A DNA stretch of 64,000 bases from Chthonomonadales bacterium (GTDB taxonomy: Bacteria; Armatimonadota; Chthonomonadetes; Chthonomonadales; CAJBBX01), in the NCBI GenBank assembly GCA_046715155.1, contig JBKJZI010000031.1, positions 10,875-74,874 of the forward strand, in the 5' to 3' direction. The notes beneath the pieces are model-generated. The model worked only from the letters and a program-made list of their open reading frames with translations. It had not been told where the DNA came from and did no database searches. Made by a program: the position numbers and the translations under genes. Of this stretch, positions 1 through 8,986 are shown one piece after another. How positions within the stretch are numbered: position 1 is the first letter of the stretch; each line of letters begins with the position of its first letter.

Positions 1-898
1 CAACTTTCGGCGCATATCCAAGCCTATCCGCGGCTTTGTCCACGTTGGCGCACGTTATGCCGACATCCCCCGGCTGCTCCGGCTTCCGATCAATGATCGC
101 GGTTCGTCCCAATGCGGATTCGATCTCTGTCAGCATTTCCCGCAGGTTGACTGGATCGCTTCGGCCAAGATTGTAGATTTGATAACCGGTCGGTCGATCC
201 AGCGCGCGGAGGATTCCGTCTACGGTATCGTCTATGAACGTGTAATCGCGGCTCGTCGATCCATCCCCGAAGAGCGGCACCGGCCGGCCTGCGTCTATGA
301 GCCGAACGAACTTGTGGATCGCCAGGTCTGGTCGCTGCCTGGGTCCATATACTGTGAAGAACCGGAGGCAGGTCACAGGCGTCCTCGTGAGCGCGTGGAA
401 CGAATGGCAGAGCGCTTCGCCGGCCTTCTTGGTGGCAGCGTAGGGCGACGCGGGCTCATCGGTGCGGTCCGTTTCCCGGAACGGCGGATCAGAGCGGTTG
501 CCATAGACCGAAGAAGATGAAGCAAAGACCAGGTGCTGAATCGGATTCCGTCCTATAGCGCTCAGCACGCTTTGCAGTCCGTTAATATTGGTCTCGATGT
601 AGGCGGCGGGGTCTTCGATGGACGGCCGGACCCCGGCTTTGGCAGCCAGATGGACAATGGTTGAGGGTCTTTCGCGCGCTATCAAAGCGGATACTAGGTC
701 CGCATCACGAAGGTCGAGCTCATTAAATCGGAATCCTTTGTTCTCCAGGAGTGGCTGGAGATTCCGCTGCTTCACTTCGCGCGCGTAGAACGGATCGAAG
801 TTGTCAATTCCGATAACATCGTCTCTACGTTCGAGCAGCTTCTCAACCACATGCGACCCGATGAAGCCCGCCGCCCCGGTTACCAGCACGCGTGACAA
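1..898 (-). CDS. NAD-dependent nucleotide-sugar epimerase/dehydratase (extended SDR), C-terminus cut by window edge
   Basis: Absent from the ORF track because no stop lies inside the window. My minus-strand translation from TTG 898 (in-frame GTG 889 is an alternative) gives LSRVLVTGAAGFIGSHVVEKL (GxxGxxG), SPYAATKKAGE (YxxxK) and RFFTVYGPRQRPDLA, typical of UDP-glucuronate/UDP-hexose 4-epimerases. The listed + ORF 179..520 is its antisense shadow. Confidence 0.85.
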   Translation of the reverse strand, partial: MSRVLVTGAAGFIGSHVVEKLLERRDDVIGIDNFDPFYAREVKQRNLQPLLENKGFRFNELDLRDADLVSALIARERPSTIVHLAAKAGVRPSIEDPAAYIETNINGLQSVLSAIGRNPIQHLVFASSSSVYGNRSDPPFRETDRTDEPASPYAATKKAGEALCHSFHALTRTPVTCLRFFTVYGPRQRPDLAIHKFVRLIDAGRPVPLFGDGSTSRDYTFIDDTVDGILRALDRPTGYQIYNLGRSDPVNLREMLTEIESALGRTAIIDRKPEQPGDVGITCANVDKAADRLGYAPKV

Positions 899-909
899 TC
901 GTAGCTCCT

Positions 910-1545
910 CTACCGTCTAAACACGGCAACGGCCGTCCGAAGCAAGATTTTTATGTCTAAGGACAGTGTACGCTCGCGCACATATTGTCGGTCGATCTCC
1001 AGCTTTCGCGGCATGACCTCGGAGAGATAGAAGGACTTCACGTCCAGCCGGCCTGCTAGCAGCCTCTCTTCATCGCGGAATTCCAACTGCGCGAGGCCGG
1101 TGATTCCGGGGTGGACCGTGAGGACCTCCCGCTGTTCGGCTGTGTACTGTCCCACGTATTCGGGAACTTCCGGTCTCGGGCCGACCAGGCTCATCTCCGA
1201 CTTGAAGACATTGATGAGCTGCGGCAGCTCATCAATCTTTAGCCGACGAAGGAACTTTCCCAACGGTGTGATGCGGGAATCACCCTCAGCCGTGACCTTG
1301 ATGTCAGAGTCGCCAATATACATGCTTCGGAACTTGTAGAGCCAGAAAAGGCGCCCGTCTTTGCCCACGCGCTGTTGGCGAAATAGCGCGGGACCGGGAG
1401 AAGTCAGCTTCACAGCACACGCGACAATAAACCCGAGGGGGATCACGACAACTGCGAGGAGGATTGAAAGCAGTAGATCAAACCCACGCTTGATCCACTC
1501 CGGATACTGCGTGGCTGCAGTAAGCGGGCTTTCCACCACGATCAT
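910..1545 (-). CDS. Polyprenyl-phosphate sugar-1-phosphate transferase (small bacterial sugar transferase, PglC/WbaP C-terminal type); probable initiating enzyme
   Basis: 211 aa. N-terminal hydrophobic helix LLLSILLAVVVIPLGFIVACAV, followed by LYKFRSM, KIDELPQLINV and LVGPRPE motifs. ATGA start/stop overlap with the upstream gene at 1542-1545. Confidence 0.92.
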   Translation of the reverse strand: MIVVESPLTAATQYPEWIKRGFDLLLSILLAVVVIPLGFIVACAVKLTSPGPALFRQQRVGKDGRLFWLYKFRSMYIGDSDIKVTAEGDSRITPLGKFLRRLKIDELPQLINVFKSEMSLVGPRPEVPEYVGQYTAEQREVLTVHPGITGLAQLEFRDEERLLAGRLDVKSFYLSEVMPRKLEIDRQYVRERTLSLDIKILLRTAVAVFRR

Positions 1546-2783
1546 GCGCGGTGCGCTTCGGCGATCTCCACGACCGCTTCGATCACCCGCTCCACGTCGG
1601 AATCTGACATGCGCGGATATAAGGGTAGGGAGATAATACGCTCATACTCACGCGCGGCGATAGGAAGATCGGACGGGCGATAGCCGAAGCCGTCCCGATA
1701 GTAAGGATGCAGGTGGAGCGGGATGAAATGAACGCTGGTGCCGATTCCGCGCTCTTTCAACTCAACGATAAAGTCGCCACGTGAAATGCGAAGCCGTTCC
1801 AGGTGGAGCCGGATCGGATAGAGGTGCCAGCCGTGCTCCGATTCGCTCGAATTTGCAGGCGGCTGCAATTCCGGGTATCCTTCGAAGGCCGTGGTGTAGC
1901 GGACGGCGATCTCTCGGCGGCGGGCCCAGAGTTGGTTCGCGCGATGAAGCTGTGCGATTCCGAGAGCGGCGGCCATGTCGGTAAGGTTGTATTTGAATCC
2001 CGCCTCAACGATCTCGTAGTACCAGGAGCCCTCCGCCGTGTAGCGCAGCCAGGCGTCCTTGCTGATTCCATGAAGGCTCATCAGCCTCACTCGCTCGGCG
2101 ATCCGATCGTCGTCGGTCGTGAGCATTCCTCCCTCGCCCGTGGTGAGGTTTTTGGTCGCGTAGAAGCTGAAGGCCGATGCGTTTCCCAGCGTGCCGATCG
2201 TGCGATTGCGGTATGTCGCCGGGAAGGAATGGGCCGCATCTTCCACCACACTCAGCTTGTATTCCTCGGCGAGATCGAGAAGCGGGCCCATGTCGCAGGG
2301 AAGGCCCCCGTAATGGACCGGAATCATTGCTCGTACATACTTGCCGGTCGTCAGGCTCCGAGCTCCATCGGGAGTTTTCTCGCACTGATCGGCAATATGG
2401 GATCGCACGCCGTCCACACTGATGTTCAGGGATTCCGGCTCGCAGTCAATGAGTACCGGGCGCGCGTCAAGGTAGCGGACGACCTCGGCGGTCGCGGCGA
2501 ACGTCATCGTCGGGACTAGGACTTCGTCTCCCGCCTCGATATCGAGCGCTTCCAGCGCGAGGTGGAGCGCGGCCGTACAGGAGTTGAGAGCGACTGCGTG
2601 GCGGACGCCGACAAACTCCGCAAACTCGTCTTCGAACCGCTTGACGCGCGGGCCGGTGGTGATCCACCCGCTTCGCAGACAGTCAACGACCGCCTCGATC
2701 TCTTCATCGCCGATCCAGGGCAGGGAAAAGGGAAGGAATGGCTTTTCCCCCCGATCGGCCGGCGCGGGCTTCGCGCTAATCAT
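1542..2783 (-). CDS. DegT/DnrJ/EryC1/StrS-family PLP-dependent nucleotide-sugar aminotransferase
   Basis: 413 aa. SAFSFYATKNLTTGEGGM block contains the PLP lysine. Family-typical N-terminus FLPFSLPWIGDEEIEAV. Confidence 0.9.
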   Translation of the reverse strand: MISAKPAPADRGEKPFLPFSLPWIGDEEIEAVVDCLRSGWITTGPRVKRFEDEFAEFVGVRHAVALNSCTAALHLALEALDIEAGDEVLVPTMTFAATAEVVRYLDARPVLIDCEPESLNISVDGVRSHIADQCEKTPDGARSLTTGKYVRAMIPVHYGGLPCDMGPLLDLAEEYKLSVVEDAAHSFPATYRNRTIGTLGNASAFSFYATKNLTTGEGGMLTTDDDRIAERVRLMSLHGISKDAWLRYTAEGSWYYEIVEAGFKYNLTDMAAALGIAQLHRANQLWARRREIAVRYTTAFEGYPELQPPANSSESEHGWHLYPIRLHLERLRISRGDFIVELKERGIGTSVHFIPLHLHPYYRDGFGYRPSDLPIAAREYERIISLPLYPRMSDSDVERVIEAVVEIAEAHRA

Positions 2784-2835
2784 TGCGACTTACGTTCTCC
2801 ATCCGTATTGATTGGGGACAACTTCCGGTGGAAGC

Positions 2836-3507
2836 TCATATTAAGTCTTTCATCATCGTACCGTCCCAAACTGTCTTTTCCGTGGAGCGATTCCAGCCGA
2901 GGTTCTCATAGAATCGGATCGCCCGATCGTTTGCGCAGCTGACGGTCAGGACCATCCTTGGAACACCACGCTCGCGAGCAGCCGATTCCGCATATTCCAT
3001 GAGTGCGCGCCCCACGCCGGCGCCTTGCAAGCGCGGATCCACGGCGATAGCGAGGATTCCGTAGGTGTTCCACCACGGTGCATCGGCCACGCCACCCCGC
3101 TTTCTCCGAAGAGGATTCAGGATGCGCATGGCCGTTACAGCGCGCTCGCGAAAGAACGGATTCCAAAGCAGCCACGGGCGCAGCAGCACGCGGCTGATTA
3201 AGTATGGCCGATTTTTGCGAAGGAACCCGCCGGTGGCGCCGCGGAAAAGACCGCTGAAACAGAATCCGGCGAGCCTGTCTTCGAGCCATCCGCCCATGCA
3301 GATCGCGTCATGCGGCCCTTCGAGGTACCACGCGTACTGCCGGCGAACGGCTTCCCGTCCAAGAGCCGTCAAGGCGGAATCCGGAAAAGCCGCTAAGTGA
3401 ATACTCGTAACGGCTTCAAGGTCGCCGGCCTTCAGCACCCGGAGATCCACGGGCCCGGCTGAGCCATATGCTATCTCTGCACCGACGCTATTCGGACGAT
3501 CCGCCAT
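2836..3507 (-). CDS. GNAT-family N-acetyltransferase
   Basis: The track ORF 2836..3768 runs into the upstream gene. ATG 3507 lies 5 nt after the upstream stop (3513-3515). Acetyl-CoA motif VDPRLQGAGVGRALMEYA and C-terminal RFYENLGW. Confidence 0.85.
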   Translation of the reverse strand: MADRPNSVGAEIAYGSAGPVDLRVLKAGDLEAVTSIHLAAFPDSALTALGREAVRRQYAWYLEGPHDAICMGGWLEDRLAGFCFSGLFRGATGGFLRKNRPYLISRVLLRPWLLWNPFFRERAVTAMRILNPLRRKRGGVADAPWWNTYGILAIAVDPRLQGAGVGRALMEYAESAARERGVPRMVLTVSCANDRAIRFYENLGWNRSTEKTVWDGTMMKDLI

Positions 3508-3512
3508 CCCAG

Positions 3513-5543
3513 CTAGGCCGCGTTCCTGATTCGCCGGAGCTCGGGGACACCCGTTAGATAGAGGTCTCGGCCCATAAACAGAAAGCGCATTCCGTCTCCA
3601 CCCAATGTGCCCATAAGTTCGACGCCGAGGTCTGAAGGCCGGATTCGCATTAGGAGGCCCGGCGCGTCGGCTTGCGGAATTCGGAAGACTGTCCATACTT
3701 TGCCATCCGGCCCTGCCTGAAAATCGTGGCTCTTCGACGGTGCGTCGTGGTTGTTGGAAGTTCCGCATATCAGCCCGGCATATACCCGCGAAGCAACGGT
3801 GCGACCGGTCCGAAGGTCCAGTTTGTAGACAGTAGACGGGTCGGTTTCGGCGGCCGACGCAGTGCCTATTAGCATTCCACCGGGCACTTCAGCGATAGGC
3901 CCGAGCGACTGTGCGCCGGGCAGCGGGATGAGCGGCGGAAGGAAGCGCCCCGTCATAGTGTCCAGCAGCAGCACCTTCGCTTCCTTTGGAGGCGGCGCGC
4001 TTTTCGTCTCGTCCGGCTGTACCCGCGTACTGATGGCAAGCTTGCGACCTCCATCTATTTCAGTAACCCATGAAACCTGAAGCTGTTGAAGCATTCCGCC
4101 GTCTTCTACTTCGCCAAGTTTCCCCGTTTTTGGGTCATACCACGCGATTCCAAAGCCCTTGTGATGGCGGTGACGCTGGGCGACTACGTAGATGAGCCCA
4201 TTGACGCCCTCGAAGATTCCGATGCCGGTGTGGCTGCCTTTCAAAACATCGCCGATGAACGCGACCTGTCGCGGATTGGCGCCCGGGTCGGTCGACGGAA
4301 TCCCCTTCACATCGCCGGCCCCCTCCTCGGAAGTGAACGCGCGGTTTAAATCGGCAACCGCAAATTGCGTGGACGGATATCCGCTCAAGTAGACCATCCC
4401 GCCGACTTTCGCGATGCTATAGGCATTCATCGCGCTTGGGTAACCAAGACCGCGAGTACTGTTTCGTGAGATGTCGAAGGAAAGAACGGGTCCGTACGGC
4501 CCGGTAGTTGCGAGTATCTGCGAAGGTCCAACTGGAATCATTCGCGTAATAGGCAATGCCTCGACACCAACGGTCAAGGGCCGTGAATTCCAGGCTGCGG
4601 CGGCACCGGGTTGGCTTGTGGCTGCCGTGCGTCGGAAGAGTAAGTTGACTTTTCCCGTAACGTCGGAATTCCGCTTATCGATCGCGACCTCAAACTGAGG
4701 TATCGGGCTAGAACGATGCCCGCGCGCGGAAGCTGGCGCCGGCAGCAGTTTTCCATCACGCAGCTCGTAGCGCCTTTCCGGCTCACCCGCCTTCTTGAAT
4801 ACGTTGGTAGCCGTCACCGACAGACCAGAGAGGTTGATGTAACCTTCAGTCGGCACTGTGAGGAGCGTGGTTTTTACCCCCGATGCTTTATCGATTGCAA
4901 TCAGGTCCCAGGGGCAGCCGCCGCGCGGCACAGCGTAAATGAATCTCAGGTCCTGGACTATGTAATATAGAAAGCCCGTCTCCGGGCGGCCGACATTTCC
5001 ATATTGTCGAATCTTGCGAGTGGCCGGGCTGTACAGCGCCACTTCCGAGGTACCGCCGGCGCCGAGCGCGACGGTCCCGTCCGGCCCCGGCGCCATTGAA
5101 TAGACCAGCGATCCTTTCGGGAAGGCCTTGCCCAGGTCCACCAGGCTATCCGCAACAAGGTCGTACTCCGCAAGGTGGCCGGGCGCGAGCATGCCAAGGT
5201 AGAGCTTGGAGCCTGCCAATGCCGTGCGCCATACATTGAGGCCGGTAACCGGAGGGTGCGTTTTAATGGTTCCCGTTGTCAGGTTGAGCGAAGCGACGTT
5301 AACGAGCTCCGTATTTCGAGTCCCCATTTTATATGAGATGAGCTGGACGAACTCGTTCTTGCCGGGGATTTGTATCTGATCTAAGGGCTTCGCAACGACG
5401 TGTCCTACGGGCTTACCGATGGTTTCCACGCTCAGCGGCTTGGCAGATCGCCAGTCGATGGGTTCGGGATTTTGTGGCCGCTCGGCAAACGTCGCTATCC
5501 CGGCAATAGAGCACAGGAGCCCAAAAGCAGCTCGAATTAACAT
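3513..5543 (-). CDS. Secreted protein of unknown function (signal peptide; repeated beta-strand-rich segments, possibly propeller-like)
   Basis: 676 aa. N-terminal MLIRAAFGLLCSIAGIATFA signal. No catalytic motif recognised. Recurrent short motifs such as DGTVALGAGG, GLIYVVAQ and DGKVWTVF. Sits inside the EPS operon. Confidence 0.75.
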   Translation of the reverse strand: MLIRAAFGLLCSIAGIATFAERPQNPEPIDWRSAKPLSVETIGKPVGHVVAKPLDQIQIPGKNEFVQLISYKMGTRNTELVNVASLNLTTGTIKTHPPVTGLNVWRTALAGSKLYLGMLAPGHLAEYDLVADSLVDLGKAFPKGSLVYSMAPGPDGTVALGAGGTSEVALYSPATRKIRQYGNVGRPETGFLYYIVQDLRFIYAVPRGGCPWDLIAIDKASGVKTTLLTVPTEGYINLSGLSVTATNVFKKAGEPERRYELRDGKLLPAPASARGHRSSPIPQFEVAIDKRNSDVTGKVNLLFRRTAATSQPGAAAAWNSRPLTVGVEALPITRMIPVGPSQILATTGPYGPVLSFDISRNSTRGLGYPSAMNAYSIAKVGGMVYLSGYPSTQFAVADLNRAFTSEEGAGDVKGIPSTDPGANPRQVAFIGDVLKGSHTGIGIFEGVNGLIYVVAQRHRHHKGFGIAWYDPKTGKLGEVEDGGMLQQLQVSWVTEIDGGRKLAISTRVQPDETKSAPPPKEAKVLLLDTMTGRFLPPLIPLPGAQSLGPIAEVPGGMLIGTASAAETDPSTVYKLDLRTGRTVASRVYAGLICGTSNNHDAPSKSHDFQAGPDGKVWTVFRIPQADAPGLLMRIRPSDLGVELMGTLGGDGMRFLFMGRDLYLTGVPELRRIRNAA

Positions 5544-5616
5544 CTCTTGTTCCTTTGCTTGAGAGCAAGACCCCCGATAATCGTCGAGGTAGACCTTACC
5601 TTACTTCTACGTAAGT

Positions 5617-7035
5617 CTATCTTACTTGTGATACTGTATGGATGCCGAATTGGACACGCTCCGACGGCGGAATCCGGCACACCACGGCGCGAAATTTCCC
5701 ATTGGCGGACCGCGGAATCTCCGCAACTGGTTCAAGTATCACCCGAACATCTCCCATTCGAGTGCGCAACCGTTCTATGATGGAGTGAGCGTCCGCCTCG
5801 CTAAAGCCTGGCGCCGGCGAATAGATCACTCGAATTTCCGTCAGCGACTCCTGAACGATTTGCGCCTCTCGGACCGGGAGGTTGGCCTTGAAGACAGGAT
5901 CAAGACGCCCGATTTGACGCCCATCACTCGTGTACAGCACGTCATCCGTGCGTCCCTCAATGCAAGATAACATGGGAAGCCGACGGCCACAAGGACACAC
6001 AGCGTCTTTAGGCGCGAGCGCTGCTCGGTCGCCTAGACGGTAGCGGATGAGCGGCATATCCGAGTTCAGCAGCCCGGTGCAGAGGACTTCGCCCGCGCCG
6101 TCGGGTGGAACCGCGCGACCCGCCTCAACCACTTCAATAATGCCGGCTTCGGGCCAGAGATGCATGTGCCCATGCTCGCACTCGCTTGCTGCCGCGACCA
6201 TTTCGGACATACCGTAGGTCTCACGCACCGGGCATTGAAAAGCCTGCGAAATTGCGTGGCGCTGATAGGAGTCGAGCGGCTCAGCGTCGGTGACCACAAC
6301 CTTCATCGCAAGGTCGTGTACGCCGGAATCCAGGGCTACCCTCGCGAGCGAATACAGAGCGGACGTATAGCCGCACAAATAAGTGATTCGGTGTTTCCGC
6401 AGGGCGTCCAGGTAGTGCGGTATCAAATCCGGCGCCAGGTGGTAAGCAGACATATAGAGCTGGTTTAGGGCTGCGTTCCACACCCAGAATGGTGGGTTTC
6501 GCTGTTGAACCGCGGTCACGAGCTGGCCGCCAATATGCGCCCATCGATCATGGCGGGACACGCCATACCATCGTCTCCAGCGGGCTTCAATGAGGGCGTA
6601 CCAGGATCGGGCAGTCTCCCGGGAGTACCACAATTCGATCGCCTTGCCGGTTGTTCCGCTGGTGTGTTCGTGGATCATACGCGCCGGGTCGCAGTCGGTC
6701 GAGAGGAAAGCGTGGGGATCGGCCCTCAGCGGCTCCTTCTCTAATATGGGCCACGCCTGGAGATCTTTTGAATTCGCCGCGTCGCGATTCACCCATTGTT
6801 CACGGTAATACGGCACCGTGTTTGAAGCGCGATCGAGTACTGCTTTCAAGCGCAGTGCCTGCCATTCGGCCCACTCCGTTTCGCTCCAGTGTTCCCTTTC
6901 CAGGGCTTGAGCCACCAGCCGGTCGGTATCGCTGCCGAATCTATTTGCGCGGAGCTTATAGCCCCACAATGTAGCGGCTCCGGAACGGAGGGGAGCGGGC
7001 AGGGAATGAAAGAGATTGAGAAGCGTAGGGCTCAA
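5617..7035 (-). CDS. Adenylate-forming enzyme, phenylacetate-CoA ligase / CapK / F390-synthetase family
   Basis: 472 aa. HEHTSGTTGKAIELWYS AMP-binding motif, ETYGMSE, and C-terminal catalytic lysine region RSANGKFRAV. Confidence 0.85.
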   Translation of the reverse strand: MSPTLLNLFHSLPAPLRSGAATLWGYKLRANRFGSDTDRLVAQALEREHWSETEWAEWQALRLKAVLDRASNTVPYYREQWVNRDAANSKDLQAWPILEKEPLRADPHAFLSTDCDPARMIHEHTSGTTGKAIELWYSRETARSWYALIEARWRRWYGVSRHDRWAHIGGQLVTAVQQRNPPFWVWNAALNQLYMSAYHLAPDLIPHYLDALRKHRITYLCGYTSALYSLARVALDSGVHDLAMKVVVTDAEPLDSYQRHAISQAFQCPVRETYGMSEMVAAASECEHGHMHLWPEAGIIEVVEAGRAVPPDGAGEVLCTGLLNSDMPLIRYRLGDRAALAPKDAVCPCGRRLPMLSCIEGRTDDVLYTSDGRQIGRLDPVFKANLPVREAQIVQESLTEIRVIYSPAPGFSEADAHSIIERLRTRMGDVRVILEPVAEIPRSANGKFRAVVCRIPPSERVQFGIHTVSQVR

Positions 7036-7099
7036 GTGCGGGGCTTTCTATTGATCGTATGTTTTATGCTCATCCGCCATGACCTGGCCTCACCAGGTG

Positions 7100-8986
7100 C
7101 TATACGGCGGCGGCTTGCGCCACCTGACTACGATCGCCGCAACAGGAATCGTGCCACAAGGCAATCATGGCAAGCTGGCGGACCAACATGTGCAGTTGGT
7201 CGTCTCCGGAGAGAAACGCATCCACCGTCGCCTGCAGCCGCCGGGGCTCGAAGGGCCCACTATCGAAGGGCGGCGTCCGGGGGAGATTGTGGACGACGTC
7301 GCGAAGGTCCGAGGACTCTCTCAAGTACCGCCACCATGGAGTTGCGAAGCCCCACTTGCGACCCCTGCGGATTGATACCGGAACTCGTTTTCCCGCGGTA
7401 TCGCGGAGTAAGCGCTTGCCCTTGCCCCGAGGGCCGTCGAACACCGCGGATGAAGGAAGAGCCGCAACCCCTTCTACAAGCCGGTAGTCGAGGAGAGGAA
7501 CCCGGCACTCAATCGACGCGCCCATGGTCATGCGATCGTTGCGATCAAGCAGCGAGCAGAGGAATGTGTGCTGATCACTGTACATAACCTGCCTCGCAGG
7601 CTCCGAAGGGTAGAGTAACCTGGCCTCCTCGAGGACCGCCTCCCTGTATTCGTATTCACCCGAAGGGCGCATTCCAAGGGCATCAAGCTCATTGGGGAGC
7701 ACGTCGCAGGCATTGAACAGGACAAACCGGTCGAGCGCACCGAGGTGCAAGAAACGTTGCAGCTTGCGGATCCGATTATTGACTTTCGGAATCCGCGCGA
7801 GGATAGGCATCGCAGCACGGCCGCCTCTTAGAAGCGCTGGGTACCGGAGCGGCTGATAACGAACATAGCCTCCCAGCGTCTCGTCCGCGCCTTCGCCTGA
7901 AAGTAGAACGGTTACGAGAGGCTTTGCGTACTCCGAAATGGCCAGGATATGGAGGTCGTTGCCATGCGCGAGCGGCTCATCATGCAGCCAGGTTGCGCGC
8001 CGCACCCTCGAGAACAGTTCCTCATCTGAAACGGTGAGCTCATGGTATTGCAGTGACCACCGCTCCGCGACCTGCTTAGCGAGCGGTCCCTCATCATAGC
8101 CGGCATCATCGAACCGTACCGTAAAACTAGCTACTCCGGAGCCGGCTTGCTCAGCGAGTGCGCCCGCGACACAGCTAGAATCCAGCCCCCCGCTCAGTAG
8201 AACTCCCACCGGGACATCGCTAATGCGACGCAGTCGAACCGAATCATCGAACGTCTCACCGTACCAACGAAGGGGATCGCGCGGGAGCTCGTCTCGTTGG
8301 CTGCGCGCTCTTTCCGAGAGGTTCCACCAACGCCGAACCGTGATCTCGCCATCCTTCCATCGCAGGTAGTGCCCGGGCAGTAGCCGCTTGACTCCCCGAT
8401 AAGGCGTTTTCTCCCCGGCGACATAGCGGAAACAGACGAGCTCTTCCCAACACGCCGGGTCGAACTCGGCGGGGATTCCGGCCTCGAACAACGCCTTTTC
8501 CTCGGAGCCGAAGACGAACGAACCGTCGCGGAATGCATAGTAGAGCGGCTTGATTCCGAGGCGGTCCCTCGCGATAAACAATGCACGCTCGCGAAGGTCC
8601 CAAATCGCGAACGCAAACATTCCGTTTAGCCGGTCCAACATCGCCGGCCCCTCTTCGGCAAAAAGGTTGAGGAGGACTTCCGTATCGGTGTCTGATCGGA
8701 ATCGATAGCCGCGGCCCTCCAGCAAGGGCCGAATGTCACGGTAATTGTAATCCTCGCCATTGTAGACGATGCAGTATCGTCCGTCTTCCGAGAACATCGG
8801 CATATGGCCCCGCTCGGACAGGTCCAAAATGGCAAGTCGGCGCGAGGCGAGAGCGACCCCTTCATCCATCCAATGACCCGAGTCGTCCGGTCCCCGGTGA
8901 CGCAGCGAGTCGCGCATCGCCACAAGCGTTTGCTCATCGACGGGAGATCCCGGCCGGTCCCATACGGCGCCTGCTATTCCGCACAT
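7100..8986 (-). CDS. asnB: Asparagine synthase (glutamine-hydrolysing) family amidotransferase, paralogue 1
   Basis: 628 aa. Starts MCGIAG (Ntn Cys2 nucleophile). PP-loop VLLSGGLDSSCVAG. Confidence 0.92.
   Translation of the reverse strand: MCGIAGAVWDRPGSPVDEQTLVAMRDSLRHRGPDDSGHWMDEGVALASRRLAILDLSERGHMPMFSEDGRYCIVYNGEDYNYRDIRPLLEGRGYRFRSDTDTEVLLNLFAEEGPAMLDRLNGMFAFAIWDLRERALFIARDRLGIKPLYYAFRDGSFVFGSEEKALFEAGIPAEFDPACWEELVCFRYVAGEKTPYRGVKRLLPGHYLRWKDGEITVRRWWNLSERARSQRDELPRDPLRWYGETFDDSVRLRRISDVPVGVLLSGGLDSSCVAGALAEQAGSGVASFTVRFDDAGYDEGPLAKQVAERWSLQYHELTVSDEELFSRVRRATWLHDEPLAHGNDLHILAISEYAKPLVTVLLSGEGADETLGGYVRYQPLRYPALLRGGRAAMPILARIPKVNNRIRKLQRFLHLGALDRFVLFNACDVLPNELDALGMRPSGEYEYREAVLEEARLLYPSEPARQVMYSDQHTFLCSLLDRNDRMTMGASIECRVPLLDYRLVEGVAALPSSAVFDGPRGKGKRLLRDTAGKRVPVSIRRGRKWGFATPWWRYLRESSDLRDVVHNLPRTPPFDSGPFEPRRLQATVDAFLSGDDQLHMLVRQLAMIALWHDSCCGDRSQVAQAAAV

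Noticed and set aside
2836-3768. Long N-terminal extensions of track ORFs (also 41993..43117, 57581..58927, 14919..16208, 31530..33332, 60721..63987, 30207..31424)
   Set aside because: The extensions overlap the upstream gene by 60-430 nt and are Arg/Pro-rich. Internal starts coincide with SD sequences, signal peptides or canonical domain N-termini.
5551-5570. Small hairpin TTGCT-tgag-AGCAA just upstream of the 676-aa gene start
   Set aside because: The stem is only 5 bp and there is no U-tract. This is too weak to call a terminator or regulatory structure.
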